The position numbers were made by a program, and so were the translations under genes. Below are positions 8,533-16,979 of a DNA stretch of 41,999 nt, in pieces; the first letter of the stretch is position 1, and every line of letters starts with the position of its first letter. The stretch is from assembly GCA_044336805.1 (NCBI GenBank), contig JBIIOS010000002.1:1-41999 (forward strand), given 5' to 3'. A model generated the notes under the pieces. That model saw only the letters and a list, made by a program, of their open reading frames with translations. It did no database searches and was not told the DNA's origin. The stretch comes from Candidatus Nanopelagicales bacterium. Lineage in GTDB: Bacteria; Actinomycetota; Actinomycetes; S36-B12.

Positions 8533-9234
8533 GTGACCCTTCCCAACCGCAAACCCGGTGCTATTCCCGCCGCGACCATTGCCCGATTGCCCATTTATCA
8601 CCGGGTCTTGGCAAGCTTCGGGGCAAATGGCGTGACCACCATCGCGAGTGAAGAGCTTGCGGCAGCTTGTGGCGTGAGTTCGGCCAAATTGCGTAAAGAC
8701 CTTTCCCATCTTGGATCCTTTGGAACTCGAGGTGTGGGCTACAACGTGTCTTATCTCACCTTTCAAATCGCCCGTGAACTCGGTGTGTCTAAATCTCGCG
8801 GAATTGTCATCGTGGGCATGGGGAATTTAGGGCGGGCTCTTGCTTCATACCGTGCATTTGGCGGCCGCGGATTTCACATTGTTGGAATTTTTGATCGCGA
8901 TCACGAATTGGTCGGCAACACCATTATGTGTGGACAAGAATCCTTCACGGTAAAGCCGGTAGGAGATTTACCGGCAGTAGTTTCCCAGAGCGATGTAAAA
9001 ATAGGAGTGATCACAACTCCAGCTGACTCGGCACAAGATATCGCGGATCTCATGATTCAAGCCGGATTGGTGAGCATCTTGAACTTTGCTCCCGTCGTAC
9101 TTAATGTCCCTGAGCAGGTCGAGGTGCGAAAAGTCGATTTAGCCGTCGAACTCCAAATACTTGCATTTCATGATCAAAGATCTGATTCAGACCAAAACTT
9201 GCAGGAACCACACATCCGTGCAGAGATCGCATGA
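8533..9234 (+). CDS. rex: Redox-sensing transcriptional repressor Rex
   Basis: IPAATIARLPIYHRVL and LRKDLSHLGSFGTRGVGYNV form the winged-helix DNA-binding region. IVGMGNLGRALA is the NAD(H) Rossmann motif. The start is GTG. Confidence 0.93.
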   Translation: MTLPNRKPGAIPAATIARLPIYHRVLASFGANGVTTIASEELAAACGVSSAKLRKDLSHLGSFGTRGVGYNVSYLTFQIARELGVSKSRGIVIVGMGNLGRALASYRAFGGRGFHIVGIFDRDHELVGNTIMCGQESFTVKPVGDLPAVVSQSDVKIGVITTPADSAQDIADLMIQAGLVSILNFAPVVLNVPEQVEVRKVDLAVELQILAFHDQRSDSDQNLQEPHIRAEIA

Positions 9235-10970
9235 GTTCAACCCTGAGAACCACAAAGCCAAAGTCCAACGCAACATCAACAAAAAAGGCAATCGAAGTGA
9301 CAGCAGAAAAAAAGTCAGTGGCTAAAAACGCCGTTAAGCCTGCGATAATTGAAGAAGTGGAGGTCGCACCCACACCACCCCGTAAAAAAGCGGCACTTGG
9401 ATCCATAGTTTTCATTGCGGCCGGCCCAGGTGATCCTGAACTGTTGACAGTGCGCGCACTTCGACTCCTGAAATCTGCCGACAAAATAGTCGCGGATTCG
9501 CAGGCCATGCATATCGCTTTGGCTTATGTGCACGAGGAAAAAGTCGTGAGCACTGTTGGGGAAGATGAAATTGAACTTGAACCAGCCGAGACTGCAAAGT
9601 TGGTGCTTGATTTGGCACGCGAAGCCCAATTGGTGGTTCGTCTGGTAATCGGGGACCCAATTATTTCAGGTCGTTTGGTACCTGAAATTTCGGTACTTCG
9701 CCGTTCACATGCCACTTTCGAGATCGTGCCGGGCGTCAGCGACATCACTGGAATACCAGCATTTGCGGGATTCAACCTCACGGGCGGAAAGTCCCATGAA
9801 GTCCGAATTCTCAATGGGCAAGATTCAGAGATTGATTGGAATGCCCTGGTCAACCCTCGTGAGACATTGGTGTTCCTGGAAAGTGGTGATTTGGTCACCA
9901 CAATCGCGGACAAGCTTCTCAAGGCTGGGCGTGACCCGCTAACTCCCATCGCGCTCACCCGCAATGGAACCACGGTTGATCAACGGAGCACACTGTCAAC
10001 TTTGGGCTCGGTTGGCGCCCTGTTGAAAGGTTCCAAAGATGCTGGACCAGGTTTTGTTGTTGTTGGTGAAGTAATCGACCAACGCGAGAAGTACAACTGG
10101 TTTGAGAAGAAGGAATTGGTTGGCTGGCGCGTGCTGATTCCCCGCACTCAGGACAACACCGCAGAAATGATTCAGGTGCTTAAGGCGCACGGAGCTGTTC
10201 CCAGCGAAGTCGCAACAATTTCGGTTGAGCCACCTCGAACTCCTCAACAGATGGACCGCGCCGTCAATGGTCTGGTTTCTGGTCGCTACGCGTGGGTGGG
10301 ATTCACATCCTTTAATGCAGTTCGAGCAATTCGAGAAAAACTTGAAGAATACGGTCTGGACGCTCGCTCTTTCTCCGGGCTCAAAGTCGCAGCAGTCGGA
10401 GCTTCCACCATTGCGGCGCTCATTGAGTTTGGCGTCAAGCCAGACTTGGTTCCACCCGGTGATCAAAACACCACCGCGCTCATGGAGGAATGGCCTCCCT
10501 ACGACAGCTTGACCGACCCGATTAACCGGATTTTTCTTCCGAGAGCCGATATTTCAACGGACACTTTGGTCGCTGGCTTGACCGATCTTGGTTGGGAAGT
10601 TGAAGACATTACCGCGTTCCGCACCGTTCGGGCGGCGCCTCCTCCCGCGCAAACTCGCGAAGCCATCAAGACGGGTGGATTTGACGCAGTGCTGTTTACC
10701 TCCAGTAGCACTGTGCGCAACCTTGTTGGTATCGCGGGTAAGCCACATGCAACGACAGTGGTTGCTTGCATCGGTCCACAGACCGCTAAGACGGCAGCCG
10801 AACACGGTCTTCGCGTTGATGTGCTCGCAGAAGTGAATACTCCGCTTGCACTCGTTGACGCACTTTCGGTTCATGCTGAAGGTTTGCGTGATGCTGCACT
10901 TGCCAATGGTGAAGTGTCATGGCGTCCAAGCCGTCGCAGGCCGGTCGCGCGGCGCAAGAGCACGAAGTAG
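9231..10970 (+). CDS. Fused uroporphyrinogen-III C-methyltransferase-like / uroporphyrinogen-III synthase (CobA/HemD, Rv0511-type)
   Basis: IVFIAAGPGDPELLTVRALRLLKSADKIVAD, IGDP and VPGVSDITG mark the TP-methylase domain. The C-terminal half (WRVLIPRTQD..., AVLFTSSSTVRNL) is HemD-like. The start forms an ATGA overlap with the rex stop. GTG 9357 is an alternative start that would drop the K/A-rich leader. Confidence 0.82.
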   Translation: MSSTLRTTKPKSNATSTKKAIEVTAEKKSVAKNAVKPAIIEEVEVAPTPPRKKAALGSIVFIAAGPGDPELLTVRALRLLKSADKIVADSQAMHIALAYVHEEKVVSTVGEDEIELEPAETAKLVLDLAREAQLVVRLVIGDPIISGRLVPEISVLRRSHATFEIVPGVSDITGIPAFAGFNLTGGKSHEVRILNGQDSEIDWNALVNPRETLVFLESGDLVTTIADKLLKAGRDPLTPIALTRNGTTVDQRSTLSTLGSVGALLKGSKDAGPGFVVVGEVIDQREKYNWFEKKELVGWRVLIPRTQDNTAEMIQVLKAHGAVPSEVATISVEPPRTPQQMDRAVNGLVSGRYAWVGFTSFNAVRAIREKLEEYGLDARSFSGLKVAAVGASTIAALIEFGVKPDLVPPGDQNTTALMEEWPPYDSLTDPINRIFLPRADISTDTLVAGLTDLGWEVEDITAFRTVRAAPPPAQTREAIKTGGFDAVLFTSSSTVRNLVGIAGKPHATTVVACIGPQTAKTAAEHGLRVDVLAEVNTPLALVDALSVHAEGLRDAALANGEVSWRPSRRRPVARRKSTK

Positions 10971-10975
10971 ATCTC

Positions 10976-11626
10976 GTGTCAGAGTCATCGGGTCACACAA
11001 CGGTTCACCTGCTCCGCCATGGCGAGGTATACAACCCGGAAGGCGTGCTTTACGGCCGCCTTCCTGGTTATTTCCTCAGTGATCTCGGACTCGAAATGGC
11101 TGATCGTGCCGCCGTTGCTCTCGCCCAGCGCGATATCGCAGCGGTCATTTCCTCGCCAATGGAGCGCGCGCAGCAGACGGCTACTCCCATCGCAATGAGT
11201 CACAAGCTTGATATCGTGACGGATCAGGATTTGATCGAGGCAGATAACATCTTTGAAGGTCAACGAGTAAGTGTCGGTGACGGTGTTCTCAAGCAACCAA
11301 GAACTTGGCGTCACTTATGGAATCCATTGAAGCCATCATGGGGTGAGCCCTACGAGACTGTGGCAGCTCGCATGAATGCTGCCATCGAATCCGCGCGCCT
11401 CGCGGCACAGGGCCGGGAAGCGGTTCTCGTCAGCCACCAATTGCCAATTTGGATAGCCCGGCTGTCGGCAGAGCGTCGGAGGTTGTGGCATGACCCACGA
11501 TCACGCCAATGCACGTTGGCATCTTTGACGTCATTGACATTTGATAATCAAGATTTGGTAGCCATAACTTACTCCGAGCCTTCCCGGGACCTACTTGAGA
11601 AGGCCAGCAAGATTGCTGGCGCTTAG
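10976..11626 (+). CDS. Histidine phosphatase (phosphoglycerate mutase-like) family protein (Rv0525-type)
   Basis: VHLLRHGEVYNPEGVLYGRL contains the RHG catalytic motif, and a later SHQ is present. GTG 10976 is the first start after the upstream stop. The track start at 10919 overlaps cobA/hemD. Confidence 0.82.
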   Translation: MSESSGHTTVHLLRHGEVYNPEGVLYGRLPGYFLSDLGLEMADRAAVALAQRDIAAVISSPMERAQQTATPIAMSHKLDIVTDQDLIEADNIFEGQRVSVGDGVLKQPRTWRHLWNPLKPSWGEPYETVAARMNAAIESARLAAQGREAVLVSHQLPIWIARLSAERRRLWHDPRSRQCTLASLTSLTFDNQDLVAITYSEPSRDLLEKASKIAGA

Positions 11627-11635
11627 CATGTAACC

Positions 11636-12226
11636 ATGCGCGCTCTTCCTGGTTTGACCCTGCTTTTTGTGCCAGCCTTGTTCCTGTCGGTCCTAAGTCT
11701 GAGTGCGTGTTCTAGTGCTCCAGAGACCGGTGCGGGTTTCGTTTCAGGTGATGGCTCGGTCACGATTCTCGATCCTGCGCAACGCCAACCGGCCCCTGAG
11801 GCAGTTGGCCTCGATCTCGATGGTGACCCATTAAAACTCTCGGACTTTGCCGGCCAGGTTGTAGTTCTCAACGTCTGGGCCTCGTGGTGTGCTCCATGTC
11901 GGGCTGAGGCTGGAGCGTTGGAGGAAGTCGCACTTCAATTTGATGGCAAGGGAGTGCAATTCATCGGGCTTAACACGCGCGACTCGCAGGCGGCCGCGCA
12001 AGCATTCACTCGAAATTTTGGTGTGACGTATCCATCCTTAGTAGACACTGACGGTCGAATCCAATTACTTTTTAATGACTCATTGCCACCGCAAGCAATT
12101 CCTTCAACAATCGTGATTGATCGACAGGGAAGGGTCGCAGCCCGGGCTCTTGGAACTGTGACATCAGCGACACTGCGGGCAATGATTGAGCCGCTCCTTC
12201 AAGAGTCAGAGTTGCCCAGTGGATAA
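11636..12226 (+). CDS. TlpA/ResA-like thiol-disulfide oxidoreductase lipoprotein
   Basis: The signal peptide carries the lipobox LSLSAC. WASWCAPC is the thioredoxin-fold CxxC motif. The gene sits immediately upstream of ccdA-resB-ccsB. Confidence 0.85.
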   Translation: MRALPGLTLLFVPALFLSVLSLSACSSAPETGAGFVSGDGSVTILDPAQRQPAPEAVGLDLDGDPLKLSDFAGQVVVLNVWASWCAPCRAEAGALEEVALQFDGKGVQFIGLNTRDSQAAAQAFTRNFGVTYPSLVDTDGRIQLLFNDSLPPQAIPSTIVIDRQGRVAARALGTVTSATLRAMIEPLLQESELPSG

Positions 12227-12962
12227 CATCCCCACCGTCATTACTAGCGGTTCCCTGCTGTTCGCGATGCTCATCGCATTTGCTGCAGGTTTACTGGCTT
12301 TTCTGAGCCCCTGCGTATTGCCGCTAGCCCCGGGTTACATCAGTTACATCACCGGACTCACCGGCGCTGAACTCAGTGAAGGGCGTAAAGGACGCGTTCT
12401 GCTGGGAAGCATTCTGTTCGTTCTCGGTTTCAGTGTGGTTTTCGTCTCCTACGGTGCGTTATTCGGTGGCATGGGATCACTTTTGTTGGAGTATTCCGAC
12501 TGGATTAACCGAATTCTCGGAGTTTTTGTGATTGCCATGGGTTTGGCTTTCATGGGGTTGATTCCTGGGTTACAGCGCGAGTACCGGTTCCACCATGTTC
12601 CTAGGTGGGGTGTTGCAGGTGCACCGATTCTGGGAATTGCATTTGGTATTGGCTGGACACCGTGCATTGGCCCGACACTCGCGGCGGTACAGACCCTGGC
12701 GTTTACCGAGGCGAGTGCAGCCCGTGGAGCACTTCTCTCATTGGTGTATTCGCTCGGATTGGGATTGCCATTTATTTTGATCGGCTTGTTGTTTACTCGC
12801 ACCGCTCGAGCGTTGAAGTTCCTCCGAACGCATAACCTTGCGATTATGAGGATTGGCGGCGCGATGCTGGTGATTGTCGGCCTGCTACTGGTCACGGGAG
12901 CCTGGACCGAATTCACCATTTGGCTTCGCGTCACCATGCCCGGGTTTGAGACGGTGATTTAG
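12219..12962 (+). CDS. ccdA: Cytochrome c biogenesis protein CcdA (DsbD-like transmembrane reductant transfer)
   Basis: FLSPCVLPLAPGY and GWTPCIGP are the two conserved Cys motifs. The protein is polytopic and hydrophobic. GTG 12219 overlaps the resA-like stop. Confidence 0.88.
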   Translation: MDNIPTVITSGSLLFAMLIAFAAGLLAFLSPCVLPLAPGYISYITGLTGAELSEGRKGRVLLGSILFVLGFSVVFVSYGALFGGMGSLLLEYSDWINRILGVFVIAMGLAFMGLIPGLQREYRFHHVPRWGVAGAPILGIAFGIGWTPCIGPTLAAVQTLAFTEASAARGALLSLVYSLGLGLPFILIGLLFTRTARALKFLRTHNLAIMRIGGAMLVIVGLLLVTGAWTEFTIWLRVTMPGFETVI

Positions 12963-14494
12963 TGAGTACTTCACTACCCCCCATGTCCCAGCGCGGCTTC
13001 CTGCGGTGGCTGTGGCGCCAACTCACCAGCATGAAGACCGCACTCATCCTGCTGTTCCTGCTAGCAATTGTGAGTATCCCCGGATCCTATTTTCCCCAGA
13101 GAGGGACGAACCCGATTCTGGTCGAACAGTGGATAAGCGACTATCCCACGCTCGGCCCGATTTTTGATTCAATTGGACTCTTCGACGTTTTCGGTTCCCC
13201 GTGGTACTCGGCTGTTTACATCCTGCTTTTCATCTCGCTCATTGGTTGCGTTGTGCCTCGACTGGGAGTGCACTGGAGAGCCATGCGGTCGCAACCACCA
13301 CCCGCACCGAAAAACCTTTCACGATTAGGTGGAGACACTTTCGAAGTCGACGGTGAATCCGATGCAGTAATCGAGAACGCGCACACGTTTCTTAAAAAGA
13401 ACCATTGGCGAACAGTGATCGGTGAGGACCCTGACGGTCACCGTTGGGTCTCTGCAGAAAAAGGTTATTTGCGTGAAACCGGAAATCTTGTGTTCCATTT
13501 CTCACTCATTCTTATCCTGGTCGGTATCGCAATTGGAGGACTTTTTGGCTGGCGTGGGAATGTAATTGTTCGTGAAGGTGAAGGTTTTTCAAACACCTTG
13601 ACGCAGTACGACGCTTGGGGCGGGGGTCGCTTGTCATCGGCTGAGAGTCTTCCGGAATTTTCGTTCGCGCTGGAAAGTTTCAATGTTGAGTTTGAACGCG
13701 GCAACTCTCAAGAAGGAGCTCCGAGACTTTTTGAAGCCAACATGGTTGTTGATCGCCCTGGTGAACAGGGCTCCACAACTCACCTGGTGCAGGTAAACGA
13801 GCCACTCGTGATTGATTCAGCGAAGGTATTCTTGGTTGGCCACGGCTATGCCCCCTACTTGATCGTGCGCGATTCGAAAGGGCAAGTGGTCCTCGACGAC
13901 GCGGTTGTCTTTTTGCCACAGGATGGCAATTTCACGTCAACGGGCGTGATCAAAGTTCCGGATTCCAACCCGCAATTGGGGTTTCGAGGACTTTTCTTGC
14001 CCACCAGTGCCATCTCTGAAGAACTCGGACCACACTCGATTTTCCCGGCGCCCGACGACGTGTCGGTTTTTCTCGGCGCGTGGGCAGGAGACTTGGGTCT
14101 TGACAGCGGGGTATCTCAGAGCGTCTACACCCTTAATGTCGACAACATGACCCAATTGGGGCTGGAGTCTTTGCGTGTGGGCCAAACTTGGCAATTACCC
14201 GATGGCTCCGGCAGTATCGAATTAGCCGGCTTTGAGCGTTGGGCATCATTTCAGATTGCTTCGGATCCTGGAAAAGAGTTAGCGTTGATTTCCGCTATTT
14301 TGGCAATAGTCGGGCTTAGTTTGAGTCTGTTTATTCAACGCCGCCGGGTCTGGGTCAAGGTGGGTCAGGTTACCGAGCAAGGCTCTTCAAGCAGGGTTAA
14401 GGTTGAGGTTGCTGGCATTGCGAAAGCCTCTGGGCACGACGCCATCGAGCAAGTTGACAACATTGTTGAAACATTGAAAGGTCGAAGCGTCTGA
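12962..14494 (+). CDS. resB: Cytochrome c biogenesis protein ResB (Ccs1), system II
   Basis: The N-terminus LRWLWRQLTSMKTALILLFLLAIVSIPGSYFPQR is typical of ResB. It also has a large extracytoplasmic domain and a C-terminal TM helix. The GTG start overlaps the ccdA stop. Confidence 0.88.
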   Translation: MSTSLPPMSQRGFLRWLWRQLTSMKTALILLFLLAIVSIPGSYFPQRGTNPILVEQWISDYPTLGPIFDSIGLFDVFGSPWYSAVYILLFISLIGCVVPRLGVHWRAMRSQPPPAPKNLSRLGGDTFEVDGESDAVIENAHTFLKKNHWRTVIGEDPDGHRWVSAEKGYLRETGNLVFHFSLILILVGIAIGGLFGWRGNVIVREGEGFSNTLTQYDAWGGGRLSSAESLPEFSFALESFNVEFERGNSQEGAPRLFEANMVVDRPGEQGSTTHLVQVNEPLVIDSAKVFLVGHGYAPYLIVRDSKGQVVLDDAVVFLPQDGNFTSTGVIKVPDSNPQLGFRGLFLPTSAISEELGPHSIFPAPDDVSVFLGAWAGDLGLDSGVSQSVYTLNVDNMTQLGLESLRVGQTWQLPDGSGSIELAGFERWASFQIASDPGKELALISAILAIVGLSLSLFIQRRRVWVKVGQVTEQGSSSRVKVEVAGIAKASGHDAIEQVDNIVETLKGRSV

Positions 14495-15432
14495 TGGACT
14501 TTGTGAACAGCGTGCAACTCGCGGACGCCAGCAATAATTTTGTCTACGCCTCCATGGTGATCCTTTTCCTTGCCACAATCGCTTTTTCAGTGTCATTTGC
14601 AGCAGGGCGCAGACGCGTGAGCCCGATCGAAGTCTCATCGAGGCGAGTATTGGTCGAATCAAGTGGTTCTCAGGTTCATGAAACCGAGGTTGAGTTAACC
14701 CAACTTGATCCGGGTCGTCGCGCCGCCAACATTGGGATGTCCCTGACATGGTTAGCCGCGGGAATGTTGCTGGTGGGAGTACTGCTTCGTGGAGTCTGGG
14801 CCGGTCGAGTGCCCTGGGGCAACATGTACGAATTCTCGATCTCTTCGGCATTAGGCATTTTGGTGGTTTTTCTCATTTGGTCGACCCAGCGAGACCTTCG
14901 CTGGCTTGGTCTTTTCGTCACCATTCCAACACTGCTCACACTCGGAATGGCGGTAACGGTTCTCTACACCGAGTCCGCCCAGCTAGTTCCTGCATTGAAG
15001 TCTTATTGGCTCGTGATTCACGTGTTTGCAGCGATTATCGGTGGCGGGGCTTTCACTGTGGGAGCAGCAACCGCCGGATTGTCTCTGATTTCTGGCAGGG
15101 GTTGGTTTACACAGCTTCCATCCCGAGAAAAGCTTGAGGGGCTCACCCACAAGATTATTGCTTTTTCATTTCCCATCTGGACATTTGCGGTTGTTGCCGG
15201 TGCGATTTGGGCAGAGAACGCTTGGGGTCGTTACTGGGGTTGGGATCCAAAGGAGACCTGGGCCTTCATTACTTGGGTAATCTTCGCTGCGTATCTGCAC
15301 GCGCGATCAACAGCAGGTTGGAAACACCAGAAGGCTTCTGTGATTGCCATTGTGGGGTGGATATCGTTCTTGATTAACTACTTTGGCGTGAATATCTTCA
15401 TTAACAGTTTGCACAGTTACGCAGGCGTGTAA
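14494..15432 (+). CDS. ccsB: Cytochrome c-type biogenesis protein CcsB/ResC (CcsA family)
   Basis: WGRYWGWDPKETWAFITW is the tryptophan-rich WWD heme-handling motif. The start overlaps the resB stop (stop TGA 14492-14494, ATG 14494). Confidence 0.9.
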   Translation: MDFVNSVQLADASNNFVYASMVILFLATIAFSVSFAAGRRRVSPIEVSSRRVLVESSGSQVHETEVELTQLDPGRRAANIGMSLTWLAAGMLLVGVLLRGVWAGRVPWGNMYEFSISSALGILVVFLIWSTQRDLRWLGLFVTIPTLLTLGMAVTVLYTESAQLVPALKSYWLVIHVFAAIIGGGAFTVGAATAGLSLISGRGWFTQLPSREKLEGLTHKIIAFSFPIWTFAVVAGAIWAENAWGRYWGWDPKETWAFITWVIFAAYLHARSTAGWKHQKASVIAIVGWISFLINYFGVNIFINSLHSYAGV

Positions 15433-15457
15433 GGGCGTCCTCGAAGGGGTTTGTGCG

Positions 15458-15763
15458 TTAAGGGTTTTGTTCGCGCCGCTTCCGCATTTTGTCCACCCAG
15501 ACATCGTCGTCGAGTTTGCGCAGAAATTTTGGATCGTCGTCGGGGGCGCTCGGACCTGATTTTTTCCTGTTCACTCCACCCGCAGGTCGGGTTCTGCCTA
15601 AAAGCAACCAAAATGCACCCCCAAGAATTGGAAGCACAAGAACGATAACCAACCAGACGTATTTAGGAAGCGTGCGTACCTGACTCTTTGGGCTGCGAAG
15701 GACGTCAATGATCGAGTAAATATAGAAAGCAAGTGCCAGGAGAACTCCCGCTACCCTGATCAT
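15458..15763 (-). CDS. PLD-nuclease N-terminal (PLDc_N) domain small membrane protein
   Basis: Two TM helices are present, with YSIIDVL....LPKYVWLVIVLVLPILGGAFWLLLGR typical of the family, followed by a basic and acidic tail. Confidence 0.65.
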   Translation of the reverse strand: MIRVAGVLLALAFYIYSIIDVLRSPKSQVRTLPKYVWLVIVLVLPILGGAFWLLLGRTRPAGGVNRKKSGPSAPDDDPKFLRKLDDDVWVDKMRKRREQNP

Positions 15764-15842
15764 GACCCTCCTCTACTGAACTGCGAACTACAGCGCGTGA
15801 AACCTAAGGGTACGCCATGAACTCGATCTGCGTCGGGGTAGC

Positions 15843-16211
15843 GTGGGCGGGGTGAACAACAAGTCGATTGCCTGGTTGAGCTATACCACGATCCGGCTTG
15901 CCTTAGTGGTTTTAGTGTGGCTCGCCATCCAGTTCTTCACGCCGATCCGAGGGCTACTTGCAATAGCGTTGGCGCTTCTGATCTCGGCAGTTTTCAGCAT
16001 TATTTTCCTGAGCAAGCAACGAGATGCCATGAGTGAATCAGTATTTGGCTTCTTTCGTAAGCTCAATGAGCGCATCGATGCTTCGGCAGCGAAAGAGGAC
16101 TATTTAGATGCTGAGCCCAAAGCCCAAGAGGATTCCGTAAACCAACAAGACGATTCCGGTGGCCTTGAGGACGGGGATCAGGGCCGGCCCGCGGGCACCC
16201 CGTCGAACTAA
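15843..16211 (+). CDS. Small two-TM membrane protein (DUF4229-like) with an acidic low-complexity tail
   Basis: The two hydrophobic helices are RLALVVLVWLAIQFF and LLAIALALLISAVFSIIFL. They are followed by a D/E/Q-rich tail. The family assignment is from memory of menA-adjacent actinobacterial genes. Confidence 0.5.
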   Translation: MGGVNNKSIAWLSYTTIRLALVVLVWLAIQFFTPIRGLLAIALALLISAVFSIIFLSKQRDAMSESVFGFFRKLNERIDASAAKEDYLDAEPKAQEDSVNQQDDSGGLEDGDQGRPAGTPSN

Positions 16212-16976
16212 AGCGACCGGCTGGAAAGCCCAAGGGATCGCCCCGTAACCGAGTAAGGCCCACGGGCCAAATGGAATCACCAGAACTGCTGGAACTGCAA
16301 AAGCAGAAATGATGGAAAAGATGTAAAGGGTGCGGGTTCGCTGATCGCCTATCAGGACGGCGATAGTCCGTTTCCCGTGTTCCGTGTCCCCAGGAATGTC
16401 GCGCAAATTGTTTGTGATCAAAATTGAACACGCGAGTGCGCCGACGCCAATTGATGCGATGAAAGCGCCCCATGTGAGTTCGAGAGTTTGCACATACGCT
16501 GTCCCCATTACGGGAACGATTCCAAAGAAGATGAAAACAAAGACTTCACCAAAACCCGCGTAGCCGTATGGTCGCGATCCACCCGTGTAAAACCAAGCGG
16601 CTGCGATGCTTGCCGCACCGACAATGAGTAGCCACCATGCTTGGGTGAGGAGTACCAGAGTGAATCCGCTAGCCATGGCTATCGCAAACATGAAAAATGC
16701 TGCGCGCTTAACCAGGTGAGGTTTGGCCAAACCCTGTCCCACAAGTCGAACTGGGCCAACACGCACTCGGTCAGTACCGCGAATTCCGTCGCTGTAGTCA
16801 TTTGCGAAATTCACTCCGGCTTGCAATGCAAGTGCAACTACAAGAGCTAAAAGAGCTCGAACGATGTTGAGCGAATCAAAATGCTGTGCAATTCCGGTTC
16901 CGACTAAAACGGGTGCAAGTGCAGCGGGAAAGGTCCGCGGTCTCGCGCCTTGAATCCATTCGCTTGTGGTTGCCAT
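16104..16976 (-). CDS. menA: 1,4-dihydroxy-2-naphthoate polyprenyltransferase
   Basis: The N-terminus WIQGARPRTFPAALAPVLVGTG is MenA-like. The UbiA-family Asp-rich motif is FANDYSDGIRGTD. The protein has about 8-9 TM helices. Confidence 0.9.
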   Translation of the reverse strand: MATTSEWIQGARPRTFPAALAPVLVGTGIAQHFDSLNIVRALLALVVALALQAGVNFANDYSDGIRGTDRVRVGPVRLVGQGLAKPHLVKRAAFFMFAIAMASGFTLVLLTQAWWLLIVGAASIAAAWFYTGGSRPYGYAGFGEVFVFIFFGIVPVMGTAYVQTLELTWGAFIASIGVGALACSILITNNLRDIPGDTEHGKRTIAVLIGDQRTRTLYIFSIISAFAVPAVLVIPFGPWALLGYGAIPWAFQPVALVRRGARGPALIPVLKATGIVLLVYGILLGFGLSI

Positions 16977-16979
16977 GGG

